A stretch of 64,000 nucleotides of DNA, taken from contig CAVWBG010000002.1 in NCBI GenBank assembly GCA_963753175.1, forward strand, positions 1,047,221 to 1,111,220. The letters are read 5' to 3'. A program made the position numbers and the translations under genes. This document shows positions 1 to 11,771 of the stretch, piece by piece. Under the pieces are notes generated by a model. The model was not told the DNA's origin and did not search any database. It saw only the letters and a list, made by a program, of their open reading frames with translations. Numbering within the stretch: the stretch's first letter is position 1; the number at the start of each line of letters is the position of its first letter. Source of the stretch: an uncultured Alphaproteobacteria bacterium. GTDB lineage: Bacteria; Pseudomonadota; Alphaproteobacteria; Rhizobiales; Methyloligellaceae.

Positions 1-963
<963 letters not shown>

Positions 964-1942
964 GAAAAACTCGCTTGAGCCCCGCCGTCCCGCTGAATCG
1001 GCGCGACTATAGGGAAGCGACGCGGTTGTGCAAGTGGCGGCCGCTGTCGCGAAGCGCGGTCCCGGCAAAGGTGAGGGCGTGGCCGGAGGCTCCGAGGAGG
1101 GCGGCGGTCCCCTGGTGGCAGCCTGACCGCGACCTGCTCGATGCCGCGCTCGAGCTTGGCATCGTTGCGTTTGATGGGATCGAGCAGAAGCCGATAGAGC
1201 GCCATGATAATGGCGATGGTAAACACCCCGGAGAAGATCACGTCGCTGACGAAATGGCGGCCGAAGGCGACCCGCAAGGCGCTCACCGAAGCGCCAAAAA
1301 CAGCGGCTCCGGCCAGCGCAAAGGGCCTGATTTGCGGCGGCGCCAGAATGGCTGGCGCCACGGTCCAAAAGGCTTGGCTCGCCTCTCCGGAGACGAAGGA
1401 GCAATTGCGCCGGCAATCGCCGCCCGGCTGCCACCACGGCACGAAGGACAAGGTGCCGGCGAATTGCTGCACGTGGTTCGGTCGAGGACGTCCCCAATTG
1501 TCCTTCAAAACAACATTGGTGACGATGCCGGGCCCGATGAGAAACGAAGCAATCAGAAACACGACGACCGAGGGCTGCATCCGCATCGGCAAGGTCGGAT
1601 AGACCAACTTAAAGACGAGCGCGGCGACCGCCGGCAAAACCAGGAGCCAGGGTATCCAATTGGCGAAATGGCGTGTCGCGTTCGACCAAGCTGTCGTCGA
1701 AAGCGGGAACTTGCTTTCGTCGTGATCGAAGAACCAATCCGCGACTTGGAGATCCAAGTCGGGAAAGGCGGCGAACAGAATGCCGGCGCAGACCGCAATT
1801 GCGCCCGATGCGTATAGAAAGCCGCGTGTCACGGCCTACCCCCAAGCCCCCGCTCAAGCGTGACGGGAGCCTAGTTGCGGCGAGCGACAGTCTCGTGAGG
1901 TTTGGGTGACGATTCAGTTGCGTATTTGCGACGGTGCAAAAC

Positions 1943-2384
1943 TCAGGCGCGGGCGCCCGCAAGCAGCCAATAGATGAAGCCGCCGACGAAACCCGCCGCG
2001 GCGAAGATCGGCATATAGGGACTGGCGGGGAGCGCCTGGATGTCCTCAGCACGCGGCGAGGTGAGCAGCGGGATGGCGACGAGCGACGCGCCGCCGGCAA
2101 GCACGTAATACATCCAAGAGCGAATGCGCAGCACCTCGCCGGCGATGACCGCGCGCAAGCGCCGGCAGAATCGTGAGGGCAGGGGTCACGGTGCCGGCAA
2201 ACAGCACGACGCCAAAGATGCGATCGGCGCCGTGGCGGAGCATGGGATCATTGGGGGCTGCGGCCCGAAGCTCGTCGCCGACCCACATGGCGCCGAGCGC
2301 GAACAGCACCGCGAGCGCCGCGCCGATTGCGAGCATCAGCGCGATCGTTACCCAGAGCATGCGGAAGATCGTCGAGATGATCAC
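1943..2384 (-). CDS. Hypothetical integral membrane protein (one frameshift near 2160)
   Basis: Hydrophobic ORF pieces [19 protein letters not shown]... and [21 protein letters not shown]...[13 protein letters not shown] join across an indel. The start overlaps the rlmN stop. Confidence 0.7.
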
Positions 2385-3550
2385 GGCGCGGCGACGGGCA
2401 TTTGCGTGGCGCTGGCGCGCTGCTTGAGGCTCGCGCTCTTCAGTTGCCCGCAGGCCGCCATGATGTCGCGGCCGCGAGGGGAGCGCACCGGGCTCGCATA
2501 GCCGGCGCGGTTGACGACCTCGGCAAACTTCTCGATCTGCTCCCAGTCGGAACATTCGAACGGTGCGCCAGGCCAGGGATTGAATGGAATGAGATTGATC
2601 TTGGCCGGGATCTTGGCCAGCAGCCGCACCAGCTCTTTCGCGTCGGCAACAGAATCGTTCACGCCCTTCAGCATCACATATTCGAAGGTGATGCGCTTGG
2701 CGTTGGACAGGCCGGGATAGTTGCGGCAGGCGTTGAGCAAATCCTTGATCGGCCATTTCTTGTTGATCGGCACGAGCTGATCGCGGAGCTGGTCGCGCAC
2801 GGCATGCAGCGAGATCGCAAGCATGGTGCCGGCCTCTTCGCCCCAACGCGGAATCTCCGGAACGATGCCTGAGGTCGAGAGCGTGATGCGACGCTTGGAG
2901 ATGGAAAGCCCTTCGCCGTCGGCGACAACGAGACAAGCGTCGCGCACATTGTCGAAATTGTAGAGCGGCTCGCCCATGCCCATCAGCACGACATTGGTGA
3001 TCTTGCGTTCGGAAGCAGGCAGACCGCGCGCATCGTCAGGCGTAGCGCCGGGCCAGTCGGCGATGCGATCGCGCGCCAGCATGATCTGGCCGACGATCTC
3101 TCCGGCGGTCAGATTGCGCACGAGCTTCTGCGTGCCGGTGTGGCAGAAGCTGCAAGTCAGCGTGCAGCCGACCTGGCTCGAGATGCAGAGCGTGCCGCGA
3201 TCGGATTCAGGGATGTAGACGGTCTCGATCTCCTTGCCGTCTTCGAGGCGGAGCAGCCATTTCCGCGTGCCGTCCTCGGAGATTTGCTCGGTGACGATCT
3301 CGGGGCGCGCCAGGGTGAAGGCCTGCGCCAGCTCGGTGCGGAGCTCCTTGGCGATGTCGGTCATGGCGGCGAAGTCGGTGACGCCACGCACATACATCCA
3401 GCCCCAGAGCTGGGAGACGCGCATGCGCGCCTGACGCTCCGGCACGCCAAGCGCCTTTAGCTTGGCGGCCAAATCGGCGCGCGACAACCCGATCAGCGAT
3501 TCCGCCGGGGGCTTATTCGATGTGGCTATCTCTGGGGCATGGTTCAGCAT
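2381..3550 (-). CDS. rlmN: Dual-specificity 23S rRNA/tRNA m2A methyltransferase RlmN
   Basis: Radical SAM CxxxCxxC (CTLTCSFC), MGMGEP and DIMAACGQL motifs. Confidence 0.96.
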   Translation of the reverse strand: MLNHAPEIATSNKPPAESLIGLSRADLAAKLKALGVPERQARMRVSQLWGWMYVRGVTDFAAMTDIAKELRTELAQAFTLARPEIVTEQISEDGTRKWLLRLEDGKEIETVYIPESDRGTLCISSQVGCTLTCSFCHTGTQKLVRNLTAGEIVGQIMLARDRIADWPGATPDDARGLPASERKITNVVLMGMGEPLYNFDNVRDACLVVADGEGLSISKRRITLSTSGIVPEIPRWGEEAGTMLAISLHAVRDQLRDQLVPINKKWPIKDLLNACRNYPGLSNAKRITFEYVMLKGVNDSVADAKELVRLLAKIPAKINLIPFNPWPGAPFECSDWEQIEKFAEVVNRAGYASPVRSPRGRDIMAACGQLKSASLKQRASATQMPVAAP

Positions 3551-3664
3551 TGCGGCAATGATCTAGCACAAATCGGCTGCCAGATTGCAGCCATAGGGCA
3601 GATATCATGCCGCCAATCGCGGATGCCAAGAGGCGTTAAGCGCCGCCAAAAACGGCCGACCTCC

Positions 3665-3961
3665 TTACTCCATCACCTCGTCGGCGGCGCTGATGATGTC
3701 GTCGTCGGGATGGGCCTCGCAATAGATGAGCAGCTTCGTCATGTCGCCCGCCATCTTGCCGAAGTCGATGACGGCATCGTCGTCGTCCTCGGTGTAATAG
3801 CCCTCGAGCCACATCATGATGGTGCCCGCGTTGTCCTTGTCGTAGGCAGAGAATTGCTTGCAGGTGAGCTTGGTCATATCGACCGTGGCATCATCGGCGG
3901 CAAGGGCCGAGCCTGCGGTGAGAAGCACGGCACTGAGAGCCGCGGCAGTCAGGATCTTCAT
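3665..3961 (-). CDS. HdeA/HdeB-family periplasmic acid-stress chaperone
   Basis: Signal peptide, DMTKLTCKQF...WLEGYY and YCEAHP two-Cys pattern. Confidence 0.8.
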   Translation of the reverse strand: MKILTAAALSAVLLTAGSALAADDATVDMTKLTCKQFSAYDKDNAGTIMMWLEGYYTEDDDDAVIDFGKMAGDMTKLLIYCEAHPDDDIISAADEVME

Positions 3962-4058
3962 GTTGGTCCGCTCCATGCGTCGTTGATGCCGCAGCTCGCG
4001 GCGGGCGCATGGATACACCAATCATTGGCAAGAAAACGTGAATCTGACGAGGCCGGCG

Positions 4059-4559
4059 TCAGCCGGCGCATTCCTTGGCCATGCGCTCGAGCGCTTCGGC
4101 GGCGCCGTCCAGCGAATATTCGTCGGATGTCTTGGTGCCCCGCATTGAGGTGCCCTCGATCTTCATCTTGCCGCCCTTCTTCAGGGCCTCGACAAGCTTC
4201 GACTCCTCATCCGGCTTCTCGACGAAGGCGCCTTCATCCTTGGTGAAGAGCTCGAATTTTTCGCTGCCGGCGGTGAGGGTGACCTTGGCGCCTTCCTTGA
4301 AGGGGTAGCCCATCTTGACGCTGATTTCGCCTGCGACGTTATCGGCGGGCCAGCGCGAAATGTAAAAGAAGATCGGTCCGCGCTTGACCTTGGGCGGGTT
4401 GGAGGTTTTCGGCTGGGCGACCGCGAAACAGACTTTCGGCGTGGCATTGGTATAGGCCGACCAGTCCTTGAATTTCTCAAGGAGTGTAGCCGTCTGGGCA
4501 AATGCCGGCGAAATCCCAATCGCCGCGATCAGGCAAGAAGCTCGAACGGCTGCGCGCAT
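4059..4559 (-). CDS. Invasion-associated locus B (IalB) family periplasmic protein
   Basis: Signal peptide, FKDWSAY...VCFAVAQP...GTKTSDEYSLDG...MAKEC. This family typically lies next to rlmN in Rhizobiales. Confidence 0.8.
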   Translation of the reverse strand: MRAAVRASCLIAAIGISPAFAQTATLLEKFKDWSAYTNATPKVCFAVAQPKTSNPPKVKRGPIFFYISRWPADNVAGEISVKMGYPFKEGAKVTLTAGSEKFELFTKDEGAFVEKPDEESKLVEALKKGGKMKIEGTSMRGTKTSDEYSLDGAAEALERMAKECAG

Positions 4560-4641
4560 CTCTCCGTCCCCGCCACGAAGTGGGGCGAGCATAACGCGTC
4601 GCCCACGCCTTGACTAGACGCCTAAGCGCCCTGTCTTTGAC

Positions 4642-4684
4642 GCATGATCTTGTCCGAAAAGTCTGCAACTTTTCGGGATCATGC
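4642..4684. repeat. Palindromic intergenic repeat, family A, copy 1
   Basis: gcatgatcttgtccgaaaagtctgcaacttttcgggatcatgc; near-identical copies at 6340, 32671 and 51130. Confidence 0.92.
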
Positions 4685-4706
4685 CACGAGAGCGAACATG
4701 GCTTGC

Positions 4707-5264
4707 TTAGCCCTGGCGCCGCCGCTTGCGCGGGCCGCCCTGACGGTGCGGCGGAACAGGCTCGGCGTCGCCACCCTCTGCCACCGGCCTTGAGGCGAAG
4801 CGGCCGAGCGAGCGGAGGCGGTCGTACATGACGATGGCGCCGGCCGTGGCGAGATTGAGCGAAAACGCCGTCGGAATCCGCACCGTGTGGTGGCACTTGG
4901 CCAGCAGCGCCGGCGAGAGCACCCCGCGTTCAGGCCCTAGTACATAGGCGGCTTGCGCAGGGTGGGCGAAGCTAGGCAGCTCCGAGGCCTCATCCATGAA
5001 TTCCAGGCCGACGAGGCGGCAGGACTTGGGCAGGCTCATCTCGGCAACGCTCCGCCAATGATAGACCGGAATGTGAGAGGCGGCTTTGGAGGTGTCGGCC
5101 CTCGTCTCCATGGCGCGCGGATCGGCGCCGATGGTGAAGACGAAGCTCGCGCCGAAGGCATGGGCCGAGCGCAGGAGGTTGCCGAGATTGACCGACTTGG
5201 AGACGCCCTCGACGCCAATGGCGAAATAGCCGCGTGAGCCGGGAAGCAAGGATTTCACAGCCAT
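4707..5264 (-). CDS. TrmH/SpoU-family RNA methyltransferase
   Basis: SPOUT motifs NLGNLLRSAHAFG, YVLGPERG and SLNLATAGAIVMYD. Confidence 0.9.
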   Translation of the reverse strand: MAVKSLLPGSRGYFAIGVEGVSKSVNLGNLLRSAHAFGASFVFTIGADPRAMETRADTSKAASHIPVYHWRSVAEMSLPKSCRLVGLEFMDEASELPSFAHPAQAAYVLGPERGVLSPALLAKCHHTVRIPTAFSLNLATAGAIVMYDRLRSLGRFASRPVAEGGDAEPVPPHRQGGPRKRRRQG

Positions 5265-5347
5265 TCCATGTCATAAGGCGCGGCGCAGGGTGGTTGGGCA
5301 ACTTTCCAGCGCTTTGGGAGTTCTACAGGACGGCGAGGTGTCGCGCC

Positions 5348-6330
5348 ATGCGCGTCGCGCAATTCAGGGAATTTGGCGGCTTGGGCGCGCTCCGCGTCGA
5401 AGACGTGCCGGAGCCGAGCGCCGGCCCGGGCGAGGCCGTTATTCGGGTCGAGGCGGTCGGGCTCAACTTCTTCGACACGCTCCTCCTGCGCAACGAGTAC
5501 CAGATCACCCCGCCGCTTCCCTTCTCGCCGGGTGCCGAGATCGCCGGTGTCATCGAGAGCGTGGGCTCAGGCGTCATCGAGTTTCGCGCCGGTCAGCGCG
5601 TGGTCGCCTTCATCGGCGGCAATGGGGCCCGCGAGAAGATCGTGACCAAGGCCCGCAATCTCATTCCCATCCCCGACGGGGTGAGTGACGAGGTCGCGGC
5701 GGGTATCCCCGTCACCTATGGCACCGCGTTTCATGCCTTGCAGGACCGCGCCCAGCTAAAGCCGCAAGAGAGCATCGCCGTGCTCGGGGCTGCGGGTGGC
5801 GCCGGGCTTGCCGCGGTCGAGACTCGCCAAATTGATGGGTGCGCGCGTCATCGCCGTCGCCTCCTCATCGCGACAAGCTTGCGCTCGCCGCCGCGCATGG
5901 AGCCGATGAGGGTATCAACTACACCGATACCGACCTTAAGGCGGCGCTCAAATCCTGCACCGGCGGAAAGGGCGTCGACGTGGTCTACGATTGCGTCGGG
6001 GGCTCGCACGCGGAGCCAGCGCTTCGCGCCACGGCCTGGGAGGGACGCTATCTCGTGCTCGGATTTGCTTCCGGCACGATCCCGCGTATTCCGCTCAACC
6101 TCGTCTTGCTCAAAGGCTGCTCGATCATCGGCGTGTTCTGGACGTCGTTCGTGGAACGAAATCCGGAGAAGCATCGGGCGAACACCATTGAGCTGCTCAA
6201 ATGGTGTGAAGAAGGGCGCATCACGCCCCACATTCACGGCACCTTTCCGCTTGCGGAAACCGGAAGCGCGCTCTCTTTGATCGAGACGCGCAAAGTGACC
6301 GGCAAGGTCATCGTCAAGCCGCAGACCTAG
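5348..6330 (+). CDS. NADPH:quinone oxidoreductase (MDR superfamily), frameshifted near 5820-5870
   Basis: PFSPGAEIAG, GAAGGAGLAAV and KGVDVVYDCVGG...TGKVIVKP across two ORF pieces. Confidence 0.88.
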
Positions 6331-6339
6331 AGTTCTAAC

Positions 6340-6382
6340 GCATGATCTTGTCCGAAAAGTCTGCAACTTTTCGGGATCATGC
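6340..6382. repeat. Palindromic intergenic repeat, family A, copy 2
   Basis: Identical to copy 1; flanked by CTAG on both sides, between convergent genes. Confidence 0.92.
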
Positions 6383-6383
6383 T

Positions 6384-6782
6384 CTAGCTATTAGCCGGCA
6401 ATTCCCTGTCGAGTGCGCGGGCAGCCGCGGCGCGGTGGGTCGGCGTGATATGCGCCGAGACGAGCCCGACCACGGCGGTGAGGAGTGCGGCGTCGTCGGC
6501 GAAGCCGAGGCCTGCAATCAGATCCGGCACGATGTCCAGCGGCAGAATGAAATAGGCCAGCGCCGCGAGCAGCATGCCGCGCACCCGCGTCGGGGTCTGC
6601 GGATCGAGCGCGCAGTAATAGGCGGCGACAAGGTCTTCGACGAACGGCACGCGGCCCGCGAAACGCTTCAGCTTCGCCCAGAAATCGCGGCGAACCTGGC
6701 GCTCACGCTCGATGAAGGCGTGGAGCGAGAGTTCCTTGCCGAGCGCTGCGCTCCGCAAATCAGCAGTATCATTTGCGACCAT
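6384..6782 (-). CDS. YkvA/DUF1232 membrane protein
   Basis: LAALAYFILPLDIVPDLIAGLGFADDAA signature. Confidence 0.88.
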   Translation of the reverse strand: MVANDTADLRSAALGKELSLHAFIERERQVRRDFWAKLKRFAGRVPFVEDLVAAYYCALDPQTPTRVRGMLLAALAYFILPLDIVPDLIAGLGFADDAALLTAVVGLVSAHITPTHRAAAARALDRELPANS

Positions 6783-6983
6783 GGTGACCACCTCGTGAAG
6801 GCCATGACCCAATCCATCCAATGAGATAAGGCCGCTTAGGGGGCGATGCAACCTCGTGTTTCGAAGGGTGGCACCGCCGCCAAAAGCCGCGAATTTTCGC
6901 GACTCAATTAGCCGATTGTTTCAGCCTTCCATGCATGATCCGGTCCGCCTCGGCAGACGAAGCGCCGCGGGCTTTAAGCGAGT

Positions 6984-8036
6984 ATGTTCGTGCGTAGCGC
7001 CTTCTCCCCTCCGTTCCCGATTTTGACCCTTCTCGTGGCGGTCGTCGCGCTGGCATGCATGGCGTCTATCCGCGCCGACGCGCAAACGGCGCAGGATGAC
7101 GGGAGCCTCCTTGACGACAGGATTGGCAGCCGCGCACGGCAGCTTGAGATCCTGAACGGCAACATAAGCCGCTGGGGCTGCGATAAGCCGCAATATGCGA
7201 CGAGCGTGGCCGGCTGCCGCCAGCTCAACGCGCAAGCCGCATCGCTCGCGGCGTCGATCGACGCATTGAGGGAAGGTGGAGGCCAGGCGGCCGATGAGCC
7301 GGTCCCCGCACCAACCGAGGCAGTTGCGGCAAAGACGCCGCCGCGACTCAAAATGCTGACCTATCGCTCGAAGACAAATCCTTCCGGGTATTATCGGACC
7401 TTCTGCGTGAAGCTCTGCGACGGGGCCCCAATCCCGATCAGCTATTCGACGCGTCCCGGCAACTTCCTGTCCGACGACGACAAGTGCCAGTCGAGCTGTC
7501 CGTCATGCGCTTCGAAGCTGTTCTATGCGCCGACCGATCAAGGCATCGAGCAATCCGTTGCGCTCGACGGCCAGCGCTATTCCAATCTTCCGAATGCGCT
7601 GCGCTATCGGACCGAGTTCGTGAAGGATTGCCGCTGCAAGCCGGAACCCTGGAGCAAAGAGGCCAAGACCGAATATCAGCGGCGCGAGGTCGTCGCGACA
7701 CAGAGTTCGGGGGAAAGCATCGTCGCAGCGGGCGTCACCGAGACTGCAAAGATCGCCGCGAGTGGAGACATCGAAGTCGCAGACGAGGTGGAGACGCGAC
7801 CAAGCGCTTCCCGCTCAAAGGATTGGGCCCGATATCGCTATTCAAATGCGGAGTACGGTCCAACCGGCGGCTACGGGACGGGAGCCAATCGCTACGGGAC
7901 TGTTCCGCGTAGCGCCTATCCCGCAACGGGCTCCTCATCGCGAAACGGCTATGAGGCGCGTGGCGCCTACGATCCGCGCGGCGCATCGGCCCAACCGCAA
8001 CGGCGCCGAGGCTTTTTCCTGTTCGGATCGCGCTGA
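6984..8036 (+). CDS. DUF2865-domain secreted protein
   Basis: YRTFCVKLCDGAPIPISY...CQSSCP...YSNLPNALRYRTEFVKDCRCK, with a signal peptide. Confidence 0.8.
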   Translation: MFVRSAFSPPFPILTLLVAVVALACMASIRADAQTAQDDGSLLDDRIGSRARQLEILNGNISRWGCDKPQYATSVAGCRQLNAQAASLAASIDALREGGGQAADEPVPAPTEAVAAKTPPRLKMLTYRSKTNPSGYYRTFCVKLCDGAPIPISYSTRPGNFLSDDDKCQSSCPSCASKLFYAPTDQGIEQSVALDGQRYSNLPNALRYRTEFVKDCRCKPEPWSKEAKTEYQRREVVATQSSGESIVAAGVTETAKIAASGDIEVADEVETRPSASRSKDWARYRYSNAEYGPTGGYGTGANRYGTVPRSAYPATGSSSRNGYEARGAYDPRGASAQPQRRRGFFLFGSR

Positions 8037-8079
8037 CGGCTTGCTTGCGCCGCGCGAAACCCCATGTCATGGGAACACC

Positions 8080-8595
8080 ATGACGCGTCACCGTATTCTC
8101 TTCGTTTGTCTCGGCAATATTTGCCGCTCGCCCATGGCAGAGGGCGTGTTTCGGCGCCTGGTTGCCGAGCGGGGCTTGAGCGATTGTTTCGAGATCGACT
8201 CGGCGGGCATCGGCAATTGGCACGAAGGCCAGGCGCCGGACAATCGCGCGCAAGAAGCTGCAATGCGGCGTGGCATCGACATCTCGACGCAGAGCGCGCG
8301 GCAACTGCGTGCGGACGACTTTTCCCGTTTCGATTTGATCCTGGCAATGGATGCTTCCAATCACGGAGATTTGCGACAGCTATCGCCGGAGCACGTGCAT
8401 GGGAAGATCCGCCACTTTCTCGACTTTGCGCCGCATGCTGGCACGCGCGAGGTGCCAGACCCGTTCTTCGGCGAAGCGGAAGGGTTCGATCATGCGCTCG
8501 ATCTGATCGAGGCGGCTGCGGAGGGTCTGCTCGAAGCGCTGGTGCCGAAAGATGACGTCGCGGCGAAGCCTGACGCTCAACGCTCCAGGGGATAA
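8080..8595 (+). CDS. Low-molecular-weight protein-tyrosine phosphatase
   Basis: P-loop VCLGNICRSP and VPDPFFG. Confidence 0.93.
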   Translation: MTRHRILFVCLGNICRSPMAEGVFRRLVAERGLSDCFEIDSAGIGNWHEGQAPDNRAQEAAMRRGIDISTQSARQLRADDFSRFDLILAMDASNHGDLRQLSPEHVHGKIRHFLDFAPHAGTREVPDPFFGEAEGFDHALDLIEAAAEGLLEALVPKDDVAAKPDAQRSRG

Positions 8596-9114
8596 GCGGC
8601 CTCAACGACATAAGGTCCGCCGCCCACCGAATCTCGCGACGAAAACAACACGAACTCGCTCACCGGAAACGGACTGCTCAGAAAAGCACCCTGCCGTTCG
8701 AGATAGCGGGCGACCTGATCGGGGCGCGCGCCTCGGAGCCGTGCCAGCGTGACGTGAGGTTTGAAGTTGCGCGGCTCCGGCGGCAGACCTGCTTCGCGCG
8801 CTGCCCGCTCGGTCGCGCGCTGCAACGATCTCGAGCGCCGGCGATGGCGCCACGCTGGCGAAGATCGCCCTCGGCTTATTGCCGCCGAAGCTGCCGAGAC
8901 CATCGAGCTTGAGCTCGAAAGGCGCCGCTTCGATCTGGCCCAGGCTCTGGGTGAAGTCGCGCGCGGTGGCGCCGTCGACATCGCCGATGAAGCGAAGCGT
9001 GAGGTGATAGTTTTCCGGATCGATCCAACGCGCGCCGGGTAGGGCTGCCTTGGCGAAGCTCAGCCTGTCGGCAAGGGGCGTTGGAATTTCGATGCCGGCA
9101 AACAGCCTCGGCAT
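8577..9114 (-). CDS. thpR: RNA 2',3'-cyclic phosphodiesterase (2H family), frameshift near 8830
   Basis: MPRLF start and two HxT motifs (HLTLRFIG, PHVTLARL). Confidence 0.9.
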
Positions 9115-9218
9115 AGCGGGCCTCTTCTACTTGAAGCGTGGGCGGAAAGGTTAACGCATATGAACCAGGACGGTGAATGACTGGCTTTGTTAAGGAGTGC
9201 GGAGATAAGAACAATTGA

Positions 9219-10199
9219 GTGGATTTAACAGGCAGAATGGCGCGGGCCAATCACGGAATGTCCAGTATCGAGCACGGAGTGCTGGAGATCCCAAAGCAGA
9301 TGCGGGATAGCGCCGAGGAAAATCCTCGCTTCCGCGAGAGCTTCGTGCAGCGCCTGCGGCGCTATGTGCTCGGCACAGCCTACGCGATGGTGCCGGAGCG
9401 GATTGCGCTTCTGCCGAGGCTGACGCTGCTCACCATCGCCTCTTTGCTCGCGCCCGAAGCCGAGCGCGACAAGCTGCCGGAGCAACCCATCTATTATAGC
9501 CGGCGCGGACTGGTCGGGATCAGCAACGATCTCTCGGTCAATGCCCTCATCGCCAATTACAGCCGCGGCTTCTTCCCGGTCTGCCATATCGGGCCGATGA
9601 AATGGTGGAGCCCCGAGGAGAGGGCGGTGATCGATCCCGCCGATACGCATGTCGGTAAGAATTTGCGCAGACTGCTGAAGCAGAAGAAGTTCACCGTCAC
9701 GTTCGACCGCGCCTTCGGCCAAGTGATCGAAGCTTGCGCGCAGCCCCGCGAGGGCAAGGTGCCGCTGACCTGGATCACGCCGAAGGTGATGAACGCCTAT
9801 CTTGAAGCACACAAAGCCGGATACGCGCATTCGGTCGAGGTATGGGACCAGGACGGAAATCTTGTCGGCGGTCTTTACGGGCTCGCGATCGGCAAAGTGT
9901 TCTTCGGCGAGTCGCAATTCTCAAGCGCCGAGCACAGTTCGAAGGTCGCGATGGTGGCGCTGCACCGGCATTTGCGCGAGTGGGGCTATCATGTGCGCGA
10001 CGGCAAATGGATGACGCCGCATCTGGCGAGCTTCGGTTTCAAGTCGTTGAAGCGGCAGGAGTTTGAGGCGCTGCTGGAGCAGCATGTGCATGAGCCCGGA
10101 CGCGTCGGTCCGTGGAGCGTCGATCCGCGGCTCGATCTTGCCGACTGGCCGGCCAAGCCAGCCCTGACCGCGCCTAAGCCCCGGCAATTGCACGCTTAA
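9219..10199 (+). CDS. aat: Leucyl/phenylalanyl-tRNA-protein transferase-like protein (atypical)
   Basis: WWSPEERAVI, TWIT, AHSVEVW, LVGGLYG and FFGESQFS motifs; N-terminal extension; start codon uncertain. Confidence 0.82.
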   Translation: MDLTGRMARANHGMSSIEHGVLEIPKQMRDSAEENPRFRESFVQRLRRYVLGTAYAMVPERIALLPRLTLLTIASLLAPEAERDKLPEQPIYYSRRGLVGISNDLSVNALIANYSRGFFPVCHIGPMKWWSPEERAVIDPADTHVGKNLRRLLKQKKFTVTFDRAFGQVIEACAQPREGKVPLTWITPKVMNAYLEAHKAGYAHSVEVWDQDGNLVGGLYGLAIGKVFFGESQFSSAEHSSKVAMVALHRHLREWGYHVRDGKWMTPHLASFGFKSLKRQEFEALLEQHVHEPGRVGPWSVDPRLDLADWPAKPALTAPKPRQLHA

Positions 10200-10207
10200 T
10201 CGGCTCG

Positions 10208-11762
10208 ATGGCGCATCCCCAAACAGCCAATCGTCCGGTGCGGACGAAGGCGACAAAAATTGATAAAAAGCAGCGCAACGGCATTAAAAACCGCGCAAAT
10301 GAACGCACAATTGACGAAACACGCCCCACATTTGTGCAAATCGCCAGTCGCCTCGTATCAACCTCATCGCTGCTCGCGCTGGCGAGGGTTGCCGGCGCGG
10401 GAGCCGGGTTCGTCACGCAAATCGTCCTTGCACGGACACTCGCGGCAAGCGCGCTCGGCCTGTTCTACTCGGTCACAAGCTTGGCGGCGGTGGTCGGTCT
10501 GATCGCGGCGCATGGCTACCCAGCAATCGCGCCACGCTTCCTCGCGCGCTACAAGAGCCAAGGCAAGCGCGAGCTGATCGCGGCCTTCGTCGCGCGGGCC
10601 AGACGCGACGCCACGCTCTATGTCACGATCACCACGTCTCTCGTTCTGGCCGGCGCGTGGCTGTGGCCAACGCTGATGCTGGAGGAGAGGCTGGCGCTGA
10701 CCGCCGCCGCGCTGTCGATCCCCGCCAATGCCTCGCTCCGCGTGAACGGCTCGCTTGCCGCCGCGATCAGGCGTTTCGGGCTGGCTTATCTGCCGGATAC
10801 CTGCATCAGGCCGTTCCTGTTGCTCGGCGCCATCCTCGCGCTGATCGCGTCGGGCATCACGCTCACCGCGAGCAGCGCCACTTTCGCGTTGACAGTGGTG
10901 TTCACCTTGCTTGCGCTGACGCAATACGCTCTCCTTGCCAAGGACATGCCGAAGGAGCGCGCTCGGCAAGCGCCGCAGCGGCTCGTCAGCGTGTGGCGGC
11001 GCGAAGCCAAGCCGCTGATCGTGGTGGCGCTGTTCACTTATTTCTTCGCCGATGTCGACATTCTCATGGTGACGCCGCTGCTCTCGAAGGCCGAGACGGC
11101 CGCGGTCGGACTTTGCTTGAAACTTGCTCTGCTGGTCGGCTTCGCGGTGCAGGTCGCGCATCAGGTGGTGGTTCCGGATTTGGCCGATGCCCACGCGCGG
11201 AAGGATCATGGACCGATCCGGGCCACGCTCACACTCGCGCTCTGGTTTCCGCTTGGCGTCACCATCGCGGCCACGGCGTTCGTCGCACTGTGGGGCGAGC
11301 ACCTGCTCGCGCTGTTCGGACCTGAGTTCGTCAGCGCCAAGGTCCCGCTTGTCATCATGATGGCCGGCCAGCTGGCGCGCGCCATTTTCGGGCCAAGCGT
11401 GTCTCTGCTCACGGTGATCGGGGCGCAGCGGCAGAACGCCGGCCTCGCGCTCGCGGCGCTGATCGTGCTGGCTTTGAGCAATCTCGCGCTGGCGCCGCTT
11501 TACGGCGTGCTCGGCGCGGCAATCGCGGTGGCCGATCGCCACGCTGTTCTGGCTGGCGGCCTCGGCCATCGTGCTCGCGCGCGCAAGCGGCCTCAGGACC
11601 GACGCGCTGTTTCTGTTCGGGTCTTCGGCACTCAGGGTCATTCCCGCGAGAAGCGGGAATCTAGTACTCACAATTGCTCGCGAGGGGGCGGACCAGCCTC
11701 GTGCGGCTGACTGGATGCCCGCCTTCGCGGGCACTGACGGCAGAGACGTTCGCCGTGTATGA
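10208..11762 (+). CDS. Wzx-like polysaccharide flippase (MOP superfamily); frameshift near 11535, true start possibly near 10333
   Basis: Many TM helices, QIVLARTL and LLALFGPEF...YGVLGAAIA motifs. Confidence 0.8.
11637..11738. repeat. REP-like inverted pair (GTCATTCCCGCG...GCGGGAAT family)
   Basis: gtcattcccgcgagaagcgggaatctag at 11637 and the inverted ctggatgcccgccttcgcgggcactgac ending at 11738. Confidence 0.8.
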
Positions 11763-11771
11763 CGAGTGGGG

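Noticed and set aside
9151-9167. CtrA-like TTAAC site between thpR and aat (also 51710-51725 before envC)
   Set aside because: The second half-site or the spacing does not match TTAA-N7-TTAA.
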